Part shown: one piece after another, positions 51,078 to 54,986 of the stretch
How the letters are laid out: the number at the start of each line of letters is the position of its first letter
Numbering within the stretch: position 1 is the first letter of the stretch
Assembly (NCBI RefSeq): GCF_001194135.2
Contig: NC_068987.1
Span: forward strand, 107,980,231-108,035,216
Reading direction: 5' to 3'
DNA: 54,986 nucleotides
DNA from: Octopus bimaculoides
Lineage: Eukaryota
Made by a program: the position numbers and the translations under genes
The notes under the pieces: generated by a model
What the model saw: the letters and a program-made list of their open reading frames with translations, nothing else
The model's database searches: none
Told to the model about the DNA's origin: nothing

Positions 51078-52300
51078 TAAAAAGTGGGTCAGCTGAAAAG
51101 GTCATAAGCTGACAAAAAAATTTTCATGGAATGTGACCAAATGAGATTTATTTTAAAACTAAGTCCTTCTTGCAGAGCGCATACTTCTTCCAACGCTGAT
51201 TCAGTGTTTCGATCCCATTGCTGCAGAAGATTTCATACTCTTAAAAAAAGAAAACATTAACAGCAGACATGGTGTTATCATCACTGCGATACCGCTTCCC
51301 AACCAAGTGGTTTTTCATGTTGGGAATCATGACAGTCAGATGTGGAGAGGAGGACGTCAAATGTGGAGAATATGGAGGGTGATCAACCATTTCAAAGCTG
51401 CAGTTACGCACAGAAGCCACTGAAACGGAGGAGTTGTGCGCTGCAGCATTGTTTTGATGTAACAAGACCCTTTTCATCACTTTTCCTGATCGTTTCGTTT
51501 TTATAGCCTTTCGTAACTACCTCAGCGAGTTGGTATTGTACTCTCCATTAATGATGTAATGCTTTTAGAGATAGTGAATAAATACAATACCTATTGCATC
51601 CCCCAAGATTTGTGTCAATCATCTTTCTTGCAAATGAAAAGAACTTGCCTTTCTTTGGACCAGGCGAAGATGGAGTTTCAACTACAACATATTTTCCTTT
51701 TGTCTCTTGCCCAAAGTGATGAACCCAGCACCCATTCTGTCTTGATAAAAGTTTAAGTAAAACAGGTGAACCTGCCTCAAGCAATGACAGATTTTTCCCT
51801 AGATGTGACCAGACTGGTGGACTTCTGATCAGGTATCAGAAGATCACGCACCCACTAAACAGAAACCCTCGTGATACCAAGCTCATTGTGCGGAATATTC
51901 TCAATTTTCAAGCGCTATATAATAATAGCATCGGCTATTTCATTTTTAGTCAATACCGTGTCATTGATCAGCATGTGCTGAAGATGATTAATGTTTTGTT
52001 CCCTGGTGGCAGTTGCATGACGTCCAAGCAGTTCGTCATCTTCAAAACACACCTTTCCTTCCTAAATTATAGCTGGTCGCATTTCAACTGATGATAAAGC
52101 TGGAGAATCATCCTTTAACGTAGTAACTATGTTAGTATGAATGTCCTTTGGGTTGAAACCCTTTTTTTGGCAAGTACTTGATAAAACCACAATGCCAAAT
52201 TTTGTCCAGTCTTAAGAGAAGTCGCTGCTTGATACATTTGCAGTCTTCTTTGGACAGCTGCTTTGCAAACAACCTCCATACGCAAGAGATACCAGTCGAA
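51078..52300 (-). mobile_element. Near full-length mariner element with decayed transposase
   Basis: TIR-like gggtcagctgaaaaggtcataagctgac at ~51084. Minus strand gives DKIWHCGFIKYL.KKG, CWVHHF..ETK, LLHQNNAAAH, DHPPYSPHL, PNMKNHLVGKRYRSDD and RWKKYA. Confidence 0.92.
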
Positions 52301-52319
52301 AGCTCTGCATACCGGAAGC

Positions 52320-53590
52320 CAGCAAATGTATGGGGTCGTCAGGAGAGAATGCGCGCTATTTCGGGGCGTACCTCTTGACGCAATCATTGTGCACCGACCC
52401 ACCTCACTGATATGTGGCCCCGCTTGCTAGATCAACTGGTTATCAAATAAATCTCAATACTCATGGTCTCTTTTTAACTAAATCCAGTGGCTAACCTTTT
52501 CGGCTGTAGTTTGGATATCGTTCAGAGAGGTATTCTCTTTACGATGATTTAGGCCTAACGATAACAACATTCGCTTCACAATGTGTTCAACGAATCCTTT
52601 CCATTTGACTCCGATTGAAAAATACTCCGCTTCCCAGCCAGCACCTTCGCATTCCCCGAGCAGGTTTGCATGGATGTCAATCTTTCCAGCCCGTGCGGCG
52701 TCCATGCTGTCTTCATGAGGGACCGTTAACTCGACTAGATTCACCTCTTACTTTCTTCCACACCATATTATAATATCCGTTTTTTCCACAACTGGGATGG
52801 GAAAGAATCCTTAGCACCCTGGTAAATCTGCAGCCCCCTCCCAATAGCCGTTCCACTTGTCATCACTCACAGGAAGTTTTTTCTTCTGTTGACGGATCTG
52901 CTGTCCTGAGCGCACGAAGTTAATAAAATCTTTGGATGGTTCTTTCATCGTTTTTTTTTCCCCACTGTTGATTAGAGCAATTTGTTTTTTTATAGCATTG
53001 AAGATAACCTTCAGGACCAGGTTGCGCCTCCATTTATATCTGTTCAATGCTGGTGAATAATTGGAAAGAAAATGTTTCTGTCTTCCGACCTTTCCGCATT
53101 TGCATATATCATTCTCTGAGACGTTCCATCTTACTAGATTTGTAGGTGACGGCAAAACATCATAGGATGAACGAATGACAAAACTTAGCCGTGATGTAAT
53201 CCACCTCCATATCTCATTCCATCTTATTTTCCTCTCAACAACATGGTCCTTCTATCACGTCATCTGTCCTTGTTGACTGCGTTGGATCAAATAAAGCTCT
53301 CTTCTGTTTGTTTCCTTTGTTTCGACGCTGTTGCAAACAAGAGACCTGCGTTCGCTCCGCATCATACTTGCAAACGGTCTGAACCGATCTGCGCCAAAAC
53401 CAGGTCCCCTCCGATGGATTTGCGTTGCACTCACCATATCTCGGTGTGTAAGAGAAGACAGAATGCTATCAGTCTCTGCTTCTGCTTTCCACTTCCCGGC
53501 CGTTTTTACACCTGGTGGATTACGCCTGATTACAATGTCCTTCGTGTCTCTCAGCATCATCACCGTTCGTACCTTCCTTAGTTTATAACT
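52320..53590 (-). mobile_element. Hero-like (R2 superfamily, RLE) non-LTR retrotransposon 3' fragment
   Basis: KWKAEAETD...LTHRDMVS, YDVLPSPTNLVRW..C.CG...HFLS..ALNRYKWR..VLK, TDIIIW, NLVELTVPHED..K and SIGV..KGF, i.e. zinc-knuckle plus restriction-like endonuclease signature; stops and frameshifts throughout. Confidence 0.85.
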
Positions 53591-54986
53591 TTAGACTATT
53601 GACTCCAGTAGTAACTGCAATGAGCCTCTTTTACGATAGAGAGCTAAACGGTTTAATATCCGAGGTAGGCTTAGCCACTTTCTAATGAACACATTACATT
53701 TTTGCTCAATGATTTGAACGCGTGACGGTGTTACATTGTATATAAAAAGTGACCACGAATCTCACGGATACCAGCCAAACCGTAACTTCGCTACATCAGT
53801 AGTAACGATGACATCACAGTTTAGTTAATCTTCAGAATGTTGTTGCCTCAACGAAGTTTACATAGCTGCAGGAAGTAAAGCGAAGCAGCAAGAGAGATAC
53901 CGAAAAAGTGGCCAGTGGAAAAGACAGAAATGCTAGCGTCAATAAAACAATTAAGAAATTTAAATCTGCATTCCGTGTGTCGTATGAGAACACTGAGTGC
54001 ATTGAAATTTCTTTGACTTCCATATGGAAGGAAGTGTGTGTCTTACACAATGTTAATAAAAATATTTCATTTTATACTGTCCACTTTTTTTTTTTCTATA
54101 CTAGTTGCGCAAATTGCTTGAAGCTTATTAACTCCGTACCCTTGCAGCCGTGGATCGCACTTACCTATATATATATATATATATATNNNNNNNNNNNNNN
54201 NNNNNNNNNNNNNNNNNNNNNNNNNNNNNNNNNNNNNNNNNNNNNNNNNNNNNNNNNNNNNNNNNNNNNNNNNNNNNNNNNNNNNNNNNNNNNNNNNNNN
54301 NNNNNNNNNNNNGTGTGTGTGTGTGTCTGTGTGTGTGTGTGTGCGTGTGTGTGTGTGTGTGTGTGTGCGCGTGTCTGTGCGCGCGCGCGCGTGAATGTAT
54401 GTATATTATATAAAGAATCACTCGAAGTATGAGAATCACAATGTACTGGATTTCATTTGCTACGGGAGTGTGCTCACACCATCGAATTTCAGCATTAAAT
54501 ATAAATATTTTCAGTATAAATACATAATATTATATTTACACCTATGACAACATCTCATTTATATAAAAAAAAAAATATTCTCTGTCTATTCGACTTCTTC
54601 AACATGGCACTCTTTCACGTATTCTCTTCAATATTTCTTGCCTTACTCTCTATCAATGTATATCTTTAGATTTATAACTCTTTCATTTTTTCCTCTGTCA
54701 TAATCTCCTTACAAATCTCATTATTTCACGTCTACAACACAACCCATCCGAATCTCAGTCTGTCTCTGTCTCCCTCTCTCTTACTCTCCCTTTCCCTGTA
54801 TCCCTTTCTTCTACATCTTGTCAATCGACGTCCCCATATCTACACATTTAACCAATTAAATTAATAACTATTACTTTCCTTCTCACACTCACTGATTGTA
54901 CTTTCAAAATTCCTGTCGCGTAGTAGAAAATATTTCAGCTTAACACTCGAAACATGGTGGCACGAATAAACTTTACTTGTATGGAT

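Noticed and set aside
53690-53830. TATA box (tatataaaaag, ~53739) with a TGACATCA site as a promoter
   Set aside because: Short motifs are expected by chance in AT-rich DNA and no downstream ORF or exon is supported.
5559-54439. Long ORFs rich in X, CV, TH, YI or IY (e.g. 16326-17482, 48435-49530)
   Set aside because: They are translations of (CA)n/(TA)n microsatellites and N-gaps, not genes.

Overview
AT-rich, microsatellite-saturated animal genomic DNA from a gapped draft assembly (13 N-runs, mostly flanked by (TA)n or (CA)n). The SINE, LINE and mariner repertoire is the one I recognise from Octopus/coleoid cephalopod genomes; this is an inference from memory, not a database result. No intact protein-coding gene, tRNA, rRNA or CRISPR array is visible, and most of the ORF track is microsatellite or gap artefact. 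The window is an intergenic or large-intron transposon graveyard. It holds about 20 copies of one tRNA-derived SINE, two other SINE families, and CR1-like, RTE, R4/Dong-like and Hero-like non-LTR remnants. It also holds three decayed mariner transposases, a complete ~3 kb Buster/Charlie-type hAT element with a perfect 8-bp TSD, a probable Helentron-type non-autonomous element and a MITE. The most notable unexplained structures are a 161-bp inverted repeat with only 2 mismatches (8052-8880), a hammerhead-core-like motif in a probable Penelope fragment (~6130-6180), head-to-tail SINE arrays with a strand-polarity switch, and a few well-flanked candidate small exons. I do not see evidence for a new multi-gene system.
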